Of a stretch of DNA of 64,000 bases, positions 38,640 to 52,116 are shown piece after piece. The position numbers were made by a program, and so were the translations under genes. The notes below the pieces were generated by a model. That model ran no database searches, was not told the origin of the DNA, and saw only the letters and a program-made list of their open reading frames with translations. This stretch comes from Chiloscyllium plagiosum (taxonomy: Eukaryota), in the NCBI RefSeq assembly GCF_004010195.1, contig NC_057753.1, positions 3,804,993 to 3,868,992 on the forward strand, given 5' to 3'. Within the stretch, counting starts at the first letter, position 1, and the number at the start of each line of letters is the position of its first letter.

Positions 38640-40030
38640 CGAGCAATATACAGGATTGGATGAAGGAAAGTAGGAAAGCTTTGTGGCTAACATAGGGGGC
38701 TCAAGACAGCAACAACCTTCCGTGAGTACAGAATGCATACGGGTGAAATTAAAAAGGAAATAGGCAGAGCAAAAAAGGGGTTACGAAAGGATAATGGCAG
38801 GGAAAACCATATAACATTTACAAGTATTTTAGTGGTGAAGGGATAACTAGGAAAAGAGGAGTGCCCATTAAGGACCACAGTGATAAGTTGTGAAGGAAGC
38901 CAGAAGATGTCGGTAGGTTCTAATTTAATATTTTGTGCCAGTTTTCACAATTGAGAGTGATGATATGGGTTTAAAGAAACAAGATGAAGGACGTTGACAC
39001 ATTTAAAGAAAACAAAAACTATAGCGAGAGAGGAGTTTCCCAGTGGTCTGGCCGGATTCAAAATTGATAAACCTGAAGGCTGGATGACAGGTATTTCAGG
39101 CTACTGAGTCTGATTAGGAAAGATAATAAGGGTGCTGGCAATAATGTTCAATTCCTCTCCGGCCCAGGAGAGGTGCCAGAGGACTAGAGAACAGCCAATA
39201 TGCTACCGTTATGCAAGAAGGGAACACGGTATAAACCTGGAAACAGGGCGGAAGTGTGTACTGCAGATGCTGGAGAGAAGAGTCAAGATTAAAGTGGTGC
39301 TGGAAAAGCTCAGCAAGTCAGGCAGCATCCGAGGAGCAGGAAAATGGACGTTTCAGGCAAAAGCCCTTCACCAGGAAAGAGGCTGATGAAGGACTTTTGC
39401 CCGAAACATCGATTTTCCTGCTCCTTGGATGCTGCCTGACCTGCTGTGCTTTTCCAGCACCACTTTAATCTTGACATAAACCAGGAACCCCCCCCCCCCC
39501 TAATGGTGGGGAGATTACTGGAAGCAATGTTACAGGACAGAATTCGTGTGCACTTGGAATGGCAGGGATTAATCAAGAACGGTCAGCATGATTTGATTAA
39601 CATGATATCACGTTTGTCAAAATTGCCTGGATTTTCTGAAGAGATCTCCAAGTGTCGAGATGCATTTTATTGAGTCCACCTGGATTGCAGCATGGTTTTG
39701 ATAAGGTCCTGCATGGGAGACTAATCAAGAACGGTCAGCATGATTTGATTAACATGATATCACGTTTGACAAAATTGCCTGGATTTTTTGAAGAGATCTC
39801 CAAGTGTCGAGATGCATTTTATTGAGTCCACCTGGATTGCAGCATGGTTTTGATAAGGTCCTGCATGGGAGACTGATAGCTAAGGTAAGATTCGATGGGA
39901 TAGAGAAACTTATCTTCCCGAATTCTCTGAAGCAGACGGGCCAACGAAATTCAAGGGTTGATTTTGTGACTGGAAGTATACGTCCAGAGGGCTTCTGCGC
40001 GGGTCAGTGCTGGGGAGCTGTTGGGGTTTA
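38640..40030 (+). mobile_element. Old CR1 ORF2 fragment with internal 152-bp tandem duplication
   Basis: MVGRLLEAMLQDRI..HLE..GLIKNGQH and FDKVLHGRLIAKVR. Confidence 0.72.
39245..39475. mobile_element. Family A fold-back mini-element
   Basis: Inverted arms around cttcaccagg-aaagagg-ctgatgaagg. Imperfect 14-bp TSD ataaacc(t/a)ggaa(a/c)c. Confidence 0.87.
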
Positions 40031-41342
40031 AAAATCATTTAAAACAAAGTAATCAGGAGAGGAGACCTTGAGAGATTAACTAGCTTTATTCATGGCCATG
40101 GGGAATACCTCTTCATTCAGAACAAAGTCCGACATATTCCAATGAAACACAGAATGTTACAAGTTATACAGTAAACACAACCCCACTGCCCATTAAATAC
40201 ACAACCTAGGGGCTGTCATAAGGTTCACATACATTGTCCAGACGTACATTTCTTAAAGTCTACAAAACTGAATGTTATCTTATCCTTCAGGTTCAGCTAG
40301 GCAAGAACAACCGATAAGGGACATAGTGAAACAATACGTCATTCTATGAAGCAGCACAGTCTAATGGACTGAGGAGCAGAGAGAGCCTGCTGCTGCAAGG
40401 TCAGGCTATCAAAACTGAATTCCTCAGCCAGGGCTCAGACAACACTATACTAGTAGGCTACACTGTGATGGAAAAGTTGCATTGTCACAAAATGGCTTCC
40501 ACAGAGTATTATGCCAGTTTTGGTCAAATTCTCCCACAGGCCCTTTCCTTTTGTTCTGGATATAAATGATTTAGACTTGAATGTAGGAGGATAGATCTGT
40601 AAGTTCACAGATGGTATGAAAAGTGATCAGATGGCAAGAGGTGAGGCAGATACACTTTGATAACAAAGATATGGACAGCATGGTCATATGGGCTGATCGG
40701 TGACAATTGGATAAATGTGAGGTGATTCACATAGGCAGGAAACAAGACCAGAGAATACATTTTGAGCAGTGAGACTCTGAAAAGCAGTAAGGATCGGGCG
40801 ACCTTGACGTCCACATCTCATAAGATATCCAGAGCGCGTTTTCAAGGTTCTGCCAAGTCAGACAAGAATTTCCATTGCTTCGTGTTTAATTTAGGAGACA
40901 ACACAATCTCAATCCCGTGGACCAGCTCATTATGATAACATTCTTTAAAGAAAAACGCAAAGTGTTGCAGAAACTCAGAAGATGTAGCCGCTTCTGTGGA
41001 TAGATAAACAAAATGGAAGTATCATTCCTTCTCTAAAGAATTTCTGCAGATGAACCACTTAGGTCGAAGTGGTTAATTTCTTTTCCTCTCTCCAGAAGTA
41101 CTCCCACTCTTATTCTGTTTCACCAGCACTTTCTAGTTTGATTTTACTTCTCCAGTATCTACAGTACATTGATTTTATTATGATAGTTGTTCTGTTATTT
41201 AATTGTGTTGATGGGAGCCATGTCATCTTAGAATATAACTCCATGTATTTGAACAGATCTAAGCTGACTCCAACCACTTTGACATGAACGTATTAGATCT
41301 TAATCATTCTCGAATTGCACTAGTCCATGTGGAAAATATCTT

Positions 41343-41657
41343 TTAGATTAGATTACTTACAGTGTGGAAACAGGCCCTTCGGCCCAACAAGTCCACACCG
41401 ACCCGCCGAAGCGCAACCCACCCATACCCCTACATTTACCCCTTTAACCTAACACTATGGGCAATTTAGCATGGCCAATTCACCTGACCCGCACATCTTT
41501 GGACTGTGGGAGGAAACCGGAGCACCCGGAGGAAACCCACGCAGACACGGGGAGAATGTGCAAACTCCACACAGTCAGTCGCCTGAGTCGGGAATTGAAC
41601 CCAGGTCTCTGGCGCTGTGAGGCAGCAGTGCTAACCACTGTGCCACCGTGCCGCCCA
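41343..41657 (-). mobile_element. HE1-type SINE, full length and apparently young (CpGs retained)
   Basis: Reverse complement begins gggcggcacggtggcacagtggttagc, has B box ggttcaattcc and a (taatc)n tail. Confidence 0.92.
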
Positions 41658-41659
41658 CA

Positions 41660-42570
41660 TCTTGTCGATCTGAGTTGTAATTGGAGGTGTAATGGACAGC
41701 AAAGTAGATTACCTCAGAGTACAACATGACCTTGATCAGAGAGGCCAATGGGCCAAGGAGTGGCAGATCGAGTCCAGTTTAAATGAATGTGAGGTGCAGC
41801 AATTTTGGAAAGGCAAATCAGGGCAGGACTCATAAAGATAATCGTAAGGTCCTGGGGAGTGTTGCTGAACAAAGTGTCCTTGGAGTGCAGGTTCATAGAT
41901 CCTTCAAAGTGGAATCATAGGTACATGGATAGTGAAGAAGAAGTTTTGTATGCTTTCCTTTATTGGTCAGTGCATTGAGTTGGGAGGTCATGTTGTGCTG
42001 TACGGGACATTGGTTAGGTTTTGGAATACAGCATGGAATTCTGGTCTCTCTGCGATAGGAAGGATGTTGTGAAACTTGAAAGGTTTCAGAGAAGATTTAC
42101 AAGGATGTTTCCAGGGTTGAAGGGTTTGAGTTATAGGGATGGGCTGGAGAGGCTGGGACTGTTTTCCATGGAGCGTTGGAGGGTGAGGGGTGACCGTATA
42201 GAGGTTTATGATATCATGAGAGGCATTGATAGGGTGAATAGTGAATGTCTGCTCCCCAGTATGGGTGAGTCCAGAACTAGAGGGCATAGGTTTAGGGTGA
42301 GAGGGGAAAGATATAAAAGGGACCTAAGGGGCAACTTTTCCACCCAGAGGGTGGTACGTGTATGAAATGAGCTGCGAGAGGAGGTGGTGGTGGCTGGTAC
42401 AATTACAACATTTAAACGGCATCTGGATGGCTATATGAGTAGGAAGGGTTTAAAGGGATATGGACCAGATGCTGGCAAATGGGACTAGATTAATTTAGGA
42501 TATCTGGTCAGCATGGACGAGTTTGACCAAGGTATTTGTTTCCATATTGTGCAGCTCTATCACTGTATGA
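41660..42570 (+). mobile_element. CR1 LINE 3' fragment
   Basis: KDVVKLERFQRRFTRM...RTRGHRFRVRGERYKRDLRGNFSTQRVV. Confidence 0.87.
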
Positions 42571-43119
42571 GATGTCTGTGATAAATTTGAAGATTCATTT
42601 TTGAATGGTTCTCTCCACACTGACTGACCGGAGTACACATTGATCTTAAGATTGTTGAACTGGATTTTAACAATCCAGTTCACACTGATCTTAACAGTGT
42701 TAAAGTATTCCTCACGATGAATATCGTGATTGGACCTTGGATCTCATTCTAAATATAATCATATTAAAATGAATTTGAGTAAGCAGAAAGTGGCAACATA
42801 CAGTACAGGAGAGGCCATTTGGCCTTTCATCTGCACTGCCAAAAATGTATTGCTAACTACCTCATCCCATTATCTCACACTAGAACCATAGCATTGAAAC
42901 TTACGATATCTGAAGTGCACATCCAAGTGCTTTTAAAAAGTGATGTTTCCAATCTCATCTACTCTCCGGGGCCGTGCATGCCAGACTGCTGCCACTGTCC
43001 ACTCCCAGAGTGGGGAGAAAATGTCTTTCCTCATATCCACTCTAAACCTCTTGACTTTCACTTTGAAAAATTACACGATTGTCATTGACCTTTGAGTAAG
43101 GGGAGGAACTGTTTTCTAC

Positions 43120-43635
43120 TCATGGAATATCTCCTGAACACCAGTACCAATCAAGCCCACCGCCCCATGGTCGAACATTTCAACTCCCCCTCCCACTCTG
43201 CCGAGGACATGGAAGTCCTGGGCCTCCTTCACCGCCGCTCCCTCACCACCCGACACCCGGATGAAGAATGCCTCATCTTCCACCTTGGAACACTTCAACC
43301 CCAGGGCATCAATGTGGACTTCACCGGTTCCCTCATTTGCCCTCCCCCACCATGCCAGCTCATCACCATCCTCATGACCTGTCCTACTTGCCAATCTCCC
43401 TTCCCACCTATCCATTCCACCCTCCTCTTCAACCTATCACCTTCATCTCCACCCCATCCACCTATTGTACACTTAGCTACCTTCTCCCCAGCCTCACCCC
43501 CTCTCATTTATCTCTCCATCCCAGAAGCTCCCTGCCTCTATTTCTGATGAATGGCTTTTGCCCAAAATGTCGATTTTCCTGCTCCTCGGATGCTGCCTAA
43601 CCTGCTGTGCTTTTCCAGCACCACTCTAACTTGAC
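43120..43635 (+). mobile_element. Penelope-like element 3' fragment plus family A pLTR, nested in a minus-strand CR1
   Basis: HFNSPSHSAEDMEVLGLL...IFHLGTLQPQGINVDF, then a decayed hammerhead ctgatgaatggcttttgcccaaaatgtc. Confidence 0.85.
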
Positions 43636-44769
43636 TACTTTCTATTTACCCTGTCCATGTCTCTCATAATATTCTGCACTTCAGTCAGGTTCCACATCAA
43701 CTTTTCTGCTCCAAAGAAAATAACACAAGCTTATCCAGCTTCTCTTCATAGCTGTGACACACCCTCCCCTGCATTCTGGGGTACATCATCTGCACAGCCT
43801 ACAATGCAATTGCACCCTTCCTTTAGTGCTGTGAGCAGAACTGCAGAGTGTACTCCAGCTGTGACATAAGCAAAGTTCAGTACATCACCAACATAACCTC
43901 CCTGCTCTTATAATCAGTACCCTAATTGATAAAGGCAAACATTACCATCTTCTCTACCTTATTAGCCTATCCTGCTGCCTTCAGGGGTCTGTGAACAAAC
44001 ATTCCAAGATGCCTCAGTCCCACTGAGCTTTCTGGATATTGAGGTTGATTGGTCTGCAATTACATGGGTCCTTGTTGTAATCAATGTGGTCATCACTGAG
44101 AGCAGCCATAAGGATGAAAACCTGTACAAACATATGTCATTAGTTAAAAGAGAAACGTGTGCATTGGATTTATACATACTGACTACTGTAATATTGACCC
44201 TGAACATGACTGTGTTGTCACTCACCTGTTCATGGTGAATTGGCACTCTCCACATAAGCCACTGATTCTAGGGTAAAGGGAGTATGTCAAATAGACCTGA
44301 GCCATTACGCATGCAATGTCATCATCGTGGACTGGACCTGACTGCATGGTTGCAGACATAAATGCATCAAAATGGGTGTAAAGTCTGGGTGAGATGAGGA
44401 AACACGTTGATTCTAAACAGCAATTTTGTGAACAGAGAAATGATCTGAAGTGAGAAAATAATTAAGTATCCCCAAGAAGGTTGTTATTTGTCAGTGTGAT
44501 CAACATTAAAAACCATCGCTTTGATTGGATGTGTGCTGCACAATATTACTAACATAATTCAGTCATCTCCAGATATTTCAAGAGAGGCCCATGACACGAG
44601 AAACATTCCACTCATTCAAAACGTAAACACCTGCCGAGCAGCAGCTGTACTGGCCTGTTTGTTGCAATCACTTTAATTGTTGCAAAATACCTCCCAGGAG
44701 TCTCTCATGAGCTATAATAGGGACTGTTCTACAGTGAATAGCAGAACATGCACAAAGCCATTGATGAAA

Positions 44770-44839
44770 ATGCACCAAATGCCATCAGGTCTGCTTTTTG
44801 CCATTTACTATCCCATAATTGCAGCGATTGGAGTCCCAG
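44770..44839 (+). CDS. GPR139-like class A GPCR, coding exon 1
   Basis: MHQMPSGLLFAIYYPIIAAIGVP then g|gtaaaa donor, joining exon 2 in phase 1. Alternative in-frame ATGs at 44764 and 44707. Confidence 0.8.
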
Positions 44840-47266
44840 GTAAAATGCTATGGATATTAGCTGCACCGATTATTCCTCTTTGCTTGGAACTTTGCTGATT
44901 TCCTTTCTTCCATTAAATGGGATATAATGTCCTATTCACCAGCTAAATTTTCTTTTTTCTCCCTCTCTTATGGTATCATTTTTGTTCTTTCATGGCAACA
45001 ATTTTTTTTCAACCTTTATGATTTCTTCAATGTTTTAACCTAATTTTCATAGCACTATATGTCTAATTCATTCCACTAAACATGCTAATTTCAGACCTTT
45101 GCCAGAGTAACTTACGTCTAATTGGTCGTCTTTAAGTTATCCGTTCTGACTATCATTTTATCATATTGATAATGTACTATTCTCACATTTACAATGTAAA
45201 TAGATTGTGTTATTGGCATGGTAACAGCACTTGTTTTCACAGAGACATTGCAATTTCATGGCATGATAGACTATTCTATTGTGCTTGAGTTAACAAAAAT
45301 GTTAAGAGTACTGGTGTGGCAGTGATGAATCTCTTGTGGCTGAGTTTTGATGCCGTTACTGTAGTCTAATTGTGGTTCTACTGTCAAATTTGTAATGTCT
45401 TTATGGGTCAATTTTCACACATGACAGTTTAAGTCTAGTTCTATTGTGATCTTACTGGTAAATGGAGCTGTGTTATTTGATTGGGAGTGTTTTGTATGGG
45501 GGTGCATTATCACATTGCAATTGCTAGAACTGACAGTGACAGAGTGATTCCCAGACATTATCACACTGTATGAAGAGTAGTGAACCATTGAATGATTGTC
45601 AATTGAATTAACTGAGCAAATTTAGTGAACCAATGCCATTTGCACCTAGATATTTGCAGTTGCACTTACTGCATTATAGTTGCTAACTTCATGGATAATA
45701 AGTATATGCCTAGATTTCACAAGCACATTGTTTCAGTTCTCAGACTGTAAAACTCGTAACATTTGCCATGCTGAATTGCCCATAGTGTTAGGTGAAGGGG
45801 TAAATGTAGGGGAATGGGTCTGGGTGGGTTGCGCTTCGGTGGGTCGATGTGGACTTGTTGGGCTGAAGGGCCTGTTTCTACACTGTAAATAATCTAAAAA
45901 AAAATCTCTATTTCAAAATTAGCCATTGCTGATGATTCCAAATTGACAATTGAATAATCACTGGTTTCATGTTAATCTATTTGTTAGCATGAATAAATTT
46001 TCTTTTAGCTAATGTGAAATGAAAAGGAGACATAAATTGATAATTTTCTGGTTCAGAAGACATAACAAATAGAATGCAACAATCGTCAATGTGGGGGCCT
46101 TAACTATTTGTGATTTGTTCCAGTGAATTGGAGGAATTCTGATTGCACTGGAGGGGTGCAAAAGAGTTTCATCATAATGCTGCTTGGATGGAGCATTTCA
46201 GCTTTTACGAGGCGCTGGATGCGCCCGGATTGTTTTCTTTGGAGTAGGGAAGGTCAATGAGGGACCTGATAGTACAGATAAGATTCTAAGACTGCTGCGT
46301 GTTTCCCTCCTCAAGAGGCCATAAAAAAAACCCATAATTCTAAACTGAGAAGAGTAAGATTCAGAGTGAATTGAAGAATAAATATTTGTGCCCAGATGGC
46401 TGTGGGAGTTTGGGATGCATCTCCTGGAGGATAATTGAAGTGGAAAACACTCTCGCTTTTGGAAAGTACTTGGAAGACAACATGAAGCTTCACAACTTCA
46501 ACGTCGATGAGCTTACTGTCGGAAAGTGGGACATGTGTGGCGGTAGTGTATTTTTAGTGGTATAGGCTGAATGGGCTGAAGATCCTCTACTGTAGTGAAT
46601 GATTCCATGAATGGATTGAGCATATGATTCCATAATTTATTTGTTGTACAAAGATAAGTAAGAGACTCATATTTGTGGACAGGCATTATTGAGTCACCAA
46701 ATGTTAACCCTGTAGATAGGTTAAATGAATGTCTCCATCAGCCAAACCTTAGCCCAATGTGAGAAAGTGTGGACTTGTAATCTCAAACAAAGAGTATCCA
46801 GGTCCAACAAATGATTAGTAGGACAAACGGAATGGTCTCATTTATTGCTAGCAAAATGAAATATAAACAGAGTTGTTTTGATGCGGTTGTACAAGGCAAA
46901 TGTGAAACCATATCCAGCATTTGGCTAAGTTTTAGTATTTAAGAAGGGACAATTAATTCACATGAACAGTTCAGGTAAGACATATCCACTGATCCAGTTG
47001 ATGAGGGTGTTACCTTCTGAGGAAAGGTTGTACAACTTGAGTTTGTATCTATTGTAATTCAGAAGAATGACTTCACTGAAACATTGTAAGGTACCGAAGG
47101 GACGTGATACGTGGATTGTAAAAGAATATTTCCTCAGGAAAAGTGGATGCTATTTAAAAATGGTGGTTCTTGCATTTAAGATGGAGATCTGACCATGCTG
47201 TCTGCAAGTTCTCATACAGGCCCCCGAATCTGTGGAACTCTGCTTCCCAGCGAGTGGTGCTGGCAC

Positions 47267-48114
47267 TATTATGGACTAGGCCAGGTCACTCAAAACATTC
47301 TTAAGCAGGCTGCCCAGACCGTAACTTTGCAATTTGTTTTGGTAAGTGTAAGGTGAAAATTATCCGGAGTAAGTTAGCCAGATTGACTACCAGGTTTTAA
47401 AACAGACAAAAATGTCTTCACAAAATTGCAATGAAACACAAAAAAAACAGAATAAAGAACCCCTACAGAACTCAGAATATCTAATAATGCTGTTCCAATT
47501 ATTCACAACAGTCCCAACAAGCAAACCCCTTACACACAGTAAAAATGAAACAAAGACTTACAAATGGAAGTGAGAAGGACAGAAGGAGAGAGAGTCTACC
47601 AGCCTGTTTCCACACAGCTCCACAGCTGAACTGCTCACTAGTTCTGGACTGAGCTGCTCAGCGTGAGAGCTGGCCACTCCCCTTTACAATAGACAATAGG
47701 TGTGGGAGTAGGCCATTCTGCCCTTCGATCCTGCACCACCAGTCATTATGATCATGGCTGATCATCCTCAATCAGTATCCTGTTCCTGCCTTATCTCCAT
47801 AACCCTTGATTCCACTATTCTTGAGAGCTCTATCCAACTCTTTCTTATACGAATCCAAAGACTGGGCCTCCACTGCCCTCTGGGGCAGAGCATTCAGCAC
47901 ACCTAATTTTGCAGGTTACTTCTAAAATATAAAAGCTTTGGCCAAAAGTCTCATTTATTCTCATAGAAAATAAAAGGCCTCTCAGAGTCTTGTTTTCACC
48001 TCTGTACGAAACTAGCCACCTCGGAGCCATTTTTGACCTCTTTGGAAAAAAAAGGACAGCGTATTCTTGAGGAAAGGAACAACTTTAAGAAAAAAAGGGA
48101 CCAGCTTTGTGACA
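47267..48114 (-). mobile_element. Solo LTR in the GPCR intron, interrupted by a CR1 tail (~47686-47903)
   Basis: Ends gggaccagctttgtgaca. The sequence is shared with ~8120-8278 and resembles the reverse complement of the 26938 and 58017 LTRs. Confidence 0.6.
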
Positions 48115-49391
48115 GGCGTGCTCTTTGAATCTTTTAATAGACTTGACGCAGTCTACCTTTTTTGATTAACATAGGAGACACAGGAATTGATGATGGGTCG
48201 TAAAATGGATGTAATGCCACAACCAGGCCTTCCATAGTCCTGTTGAGTAACACAGCAAGCTAAAGGAGGACAGAGGTCTTTTACTGTTCCTATACTGATA
48301 TATTACTTTTACCAACCCTAAATTCATGTAACTGCTGATGCAAGACTTCTTTTTCCTCTACTCTCTGCAATTGTCAGTGTCCCAAGTTGCTCACATCTTC
48401 ACTGCTTTATCCACAAGAAGGGGGGCATCATAATTGGTGAAAATCATTCTAATATCTATCTTTTTTTCAAATATCTAATTAGGACGCATTAATCAATTAT
48501 TGCCCGGAGTTATATAACATAAAGTATCACAATGTACAAAAGGGCTTTCTCAGAGGGACACCTCATCATTTACGAAACTCAATTATTCAGACCCGCTCAG
48601 AACACCCTCAGTAATTCTTAAATCACGAGTATGCAGTGTCACCCACACCTGAACTGTGAACTTGCAGGAACATTAATTTCTCATTCACTCTCTGACATTT
48701 CACAATGGTTTTGAGCAAAATAACTTGTCGATTCCAACAGTGAAGGGTATTATGATTTGTTGGAAGGAAAACAATTGGCTCCTCTGTGATATATAATCTG
48801 TGTTTGTTTGAATTCATTTCTACAACAATTTTGCAATTTCTGTTATCTGATTGCATTAAGGTTCTCGATATTTCTTTGTTAATATGTTGTTTTTCTATGT
48901 GTCTTTGATGTCATTTTTTTTTTGGTTGTGATGTGAGCTTGATTTCTTCTTCTCCTCTATTGGTTCCTATTACGCTATGTTGCCTTACTATTACATTGTT
49001 AATTTGAAATTTGAGATAAACATGTTTTGTATAAAAGATTGTAAAGGGATATGGGGCAAATTCAGGTAAATGGAGTCAGGCCACAGATACACCATGAGTT
49101 AATTGAATGGCAGAACAAGTTAAAGGGACTGAATGGGCTTCTCTTGTTCCTATATTCCTATTATGACATTTACCTCCTTGATTTTTAATCTCCGATGCTA
49201 TTTCAGGAAATCGATGTTCTGAGGTTAAAGGGTAATTGTCAACTTAACATTATAACTCAATACTTGAAGTTTAACAAAGAAGTCTGCAAAACCTATTACT
49301 ATGTTGGCATTTGAAGTAGTGGTATTCTTGTTCTCGTTCATAGCCTCTCCTCTCTCCTCCTCCTCTCCCATTCTCTCCCTTGGTATGACAG

Positions 49392-50323
49392 CTAACTTAG
49401 CAGTGATTGTAATTCTGTCTCGAAGCCGATGTGGTCTCACTGGGTGTATCACGTATTACCTGGTTTCTATGGCGGTGGCAGATCTTCTGGTTATGATAAC
49501 AGCTGTAATATTAAACCGGATTGCTGGGATTTATTTCTCATCCAGTTTCCTGTCGATCACACCCGTGTGCAGTGTTCGTTCCGTATTAAATCTTACAGCA
49601 ATTGACAGTTCTGCGTGGTTAACGGTAGTCTTCACCATGGATCGATTTGTATCTATTTCTTGTCAGAAGCTGAAAATAAAATACTGCACCAAGAAAATGG
49701 CATCACGCATTATAGGAACCGTGTGCATACTCAGCTGCGTAAAAAATATCTTTATCTATTTTCAATTGGAACCTCAATACATAGTTGACAATCTACAATG
49801 GTTCTGTAACATAAAAGATATAATTTATACCTTTCCAGCATGGATCGCTTATGGCTGGATACGTTCCATATTAACCCCTTTTCTCCCATTCATTGTGGTT
49901 TTGCTGCTCAATGCTCTGACTGTCAGACACATTCGAGCGGCCAACCAAGCACGTAGGAGACTTCGGACCCAGAGCAATGGTGTGAATCTGATTGACCCAG
50001 AGATGGAGAAGCGGAGAAAGTCCATTGTTTTACTCTTTGCCATCTCAGCCAGTTTCATCGTGTTGTATTTGTTGTCTTTTATAACGGTACTTTATGTCCG
50101 AATAGCAAACACAACGTATTCCTCAGGTTCAGATAACCGCAATTATATATTCATTCTCCAACAATGTGGGTATATGCTTCAATTATTGAGCTCCTGCGTC
50201 AATCCTTTTATATATACTGGGGCCCAGAGAAAATTCAGAGATGAGTTAAAGAATGCAGTTGGATACCTCCTTGTATATTTCGTCAGACCATTTCGTTTTT
50301 GCAAATCGAATAAGTCAACATGA
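49392..50323 (+). CDS. GPR139-like class A GPCR, coding exon 2 (333 aa in total from ATG 44770)
   Basis: Polypyrimidine tract plus cag acceptor at 49390-49391. Motifs ANLAVIVILSR (TM1), MAVADLL (TM2), DRF (TM3) and NPFIY (TM7). The reading frame is uninterrupted. Confidence 0.9.
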
Positions 50324-50584
50324 ACTCCTATTGTTTTGCATTATATTCCATTCTTAGCTTGCAATTTAATTTCCTACTTTCAAGATGCACTTGCCTTATT
50401 CAATGCATAAATTTAAGAGTGTAGTTATAGAGGAAATAAGTGTGGAATCATGGTATTCTGCTCATTATGTCTGGTCCATCATCCACTCGATTACAGCTGG
50501 TCATCTATCCTAATGCCATTGTCCTGCCCTATCGCAGTATCTTTTGATTCTTTTCATCTTATGGAAATCTATCCCCCGTATGAG

Positions 50585-50955
50585 GTGGCTTGGTTCTTAG
50601 CATTGCTGCCTCACAGGGCCAGGGACCCGGGTTCAATTCCAGCCTCGGCGGCAAGATTAGAGTGGTGCTGGAAAAGCACAGCAGTCAGGCAGCATCCCAG
50701 GAGCAGGAAAATCGACCGTTCCCCCTTCATCAGAAATCCAGCCTCGGACGACTGTCTGTCTGGAGTTTGCACATTCTCCCCATGTCTGCGTGGGTGTCTT
50801 CCCACAATCCCAAGATGTACAGGCCAGGTGTCCAAGGATGTGTAGGTTGGGTGCATTAGCCAGGGCAAATGCAGTGATGGGGTTGGCGGATACGTTGCTC
50901 TTTGAAGGGTCCGTGTGGACTTGTTGGGCCAAATGGCCTTTTTCCACACTGTAGA
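50585..50955 (+). mobile_element. HE1-type SINE carrying a family A insertion (50649-50736, -)
   Basis: 11-bp TSD tccagcctcgg at 50638-50648 and 50737-50747. Confidence 0.87.
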
Positions 50956-51366
50956 GATGCTAAATTTAAAAAGAAACTTGGAGAATATGAACAGGCTTGG
51001 TCGCATCGGTGGAGAGATAACAGAATTCACGATTTCAGTTCCGTGACTCTTCTTCCACAGATTCTCCAGCAGCTTTAGTACCACTTTTGTTTCAGATTTT
51101 CAGTATCCGCAGTTCTGCATTTTACTTAGAGAGAACCATCGATTTCGGTCTTGAAGATATTGAGTAGTTGACAATATACAGCCCTTCTGTGGTACAGAAT
51201 TGCAAACAATTGCTGTCAAAGACTGTGTTCGCTGATTGAGTCATCGCTAGTTTGAAACTTTTTAGACAGGAACCAGCAACTTGGGGTGAATGTGCGCTGT
51301 CGTCCTGTATGGGACAACTACTTCATACCCAGCATACATTGAATATATTGACCCAGCATACATTGA

Positions 51367-52116
51367 CTACCTGGTCAGGTCCACGCCCCCCTACGACCCA
51401 CCCTCCCATCCTGGCACTTGCCACCGCAGGAATTGTAAAACCTGTGCCACACCTCCTCCCTCACCTCCATCCAAGGCCCTAAAGGAGCCTTCCACATCCA
51501 TCAAAGTTTTACCTGCACATCCACTAATATCATTTATTTTATCCGTTGCTGCCGATGCGGTCTCCTCTACATTGGGGAGACTGGACGCCTCCTAGCAGAG
51601 CACTTTAGGGAACATCTCCGGGACACCCGCACCAATCAACCACACCGTCCCGTGGCCCAGCATTTCAACTCCCTCTCCCACTCTGCCGAGGATATGGAGG
51701 TGCTGGGCCTCCTCCACCGCCGCTCCCTCACCACCAGACGCCTGGAGGAAGAACGCCTCATCTTCCGCCTCGGGACACTTCATCCCCAGGGCATCAATGT
51801 GGATTTCAACAGCTTCCTCATTTCCCCTTCCCCCACCTCATCCTAGTTTCTCCGGACTTGTCCGACCTACCCAGCTCCTTTTCCACCTATCCACTCCACC
51901 CTCTCCTCCCTGACCTATCACCTTCATCTCCTCCCCCACTGACCTATTGTACTCTATGCTACTCTATCCCCACCCCCACCCCCCTCTAGCTTATCTCTCC
52001 ACGCTTCAGGCTCTCTGCCTTTATTCTGATGAAGGGCTTTTGCCCGAAACGTCGATTTTGCCTGTCCTCGGATGCTGCCTGAATTGCTGTGCTCTTCCAG
52101 CACCACTGATCCAGAA
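51367..52116 (+). mobile_element. Penelope-like element 3' part (Cys-linker + GIY-YIG, Neptune-like) ending in the family A pLTR
   Basis: CHRRNCKTC...FTCTSTNIIYFIRCCRCGLLYIGETGRLLAEHFREH...VAQHFN...GINVDF. Flanked by catacattga repeats. Confidence 0.9.
52022..52056 (+). ncRNA. Minimal type I hammerhead ribozyme motif (family A)
   Basis: AUU-CUGAUGA-A-GGGC(uuuu)GCCC-GAAA-CGUC-GAU. Predicted cleavage after 52053. Confidence 0.82.

Noticed and set aside
49301..49391. N-terminus of the 340-aa single-exon ORF in the track
   Set aside because: It reads through a polypyrimidine tract and acceptor. The upstream exon 44770-44839 completes TM1 in frame and is the better model.
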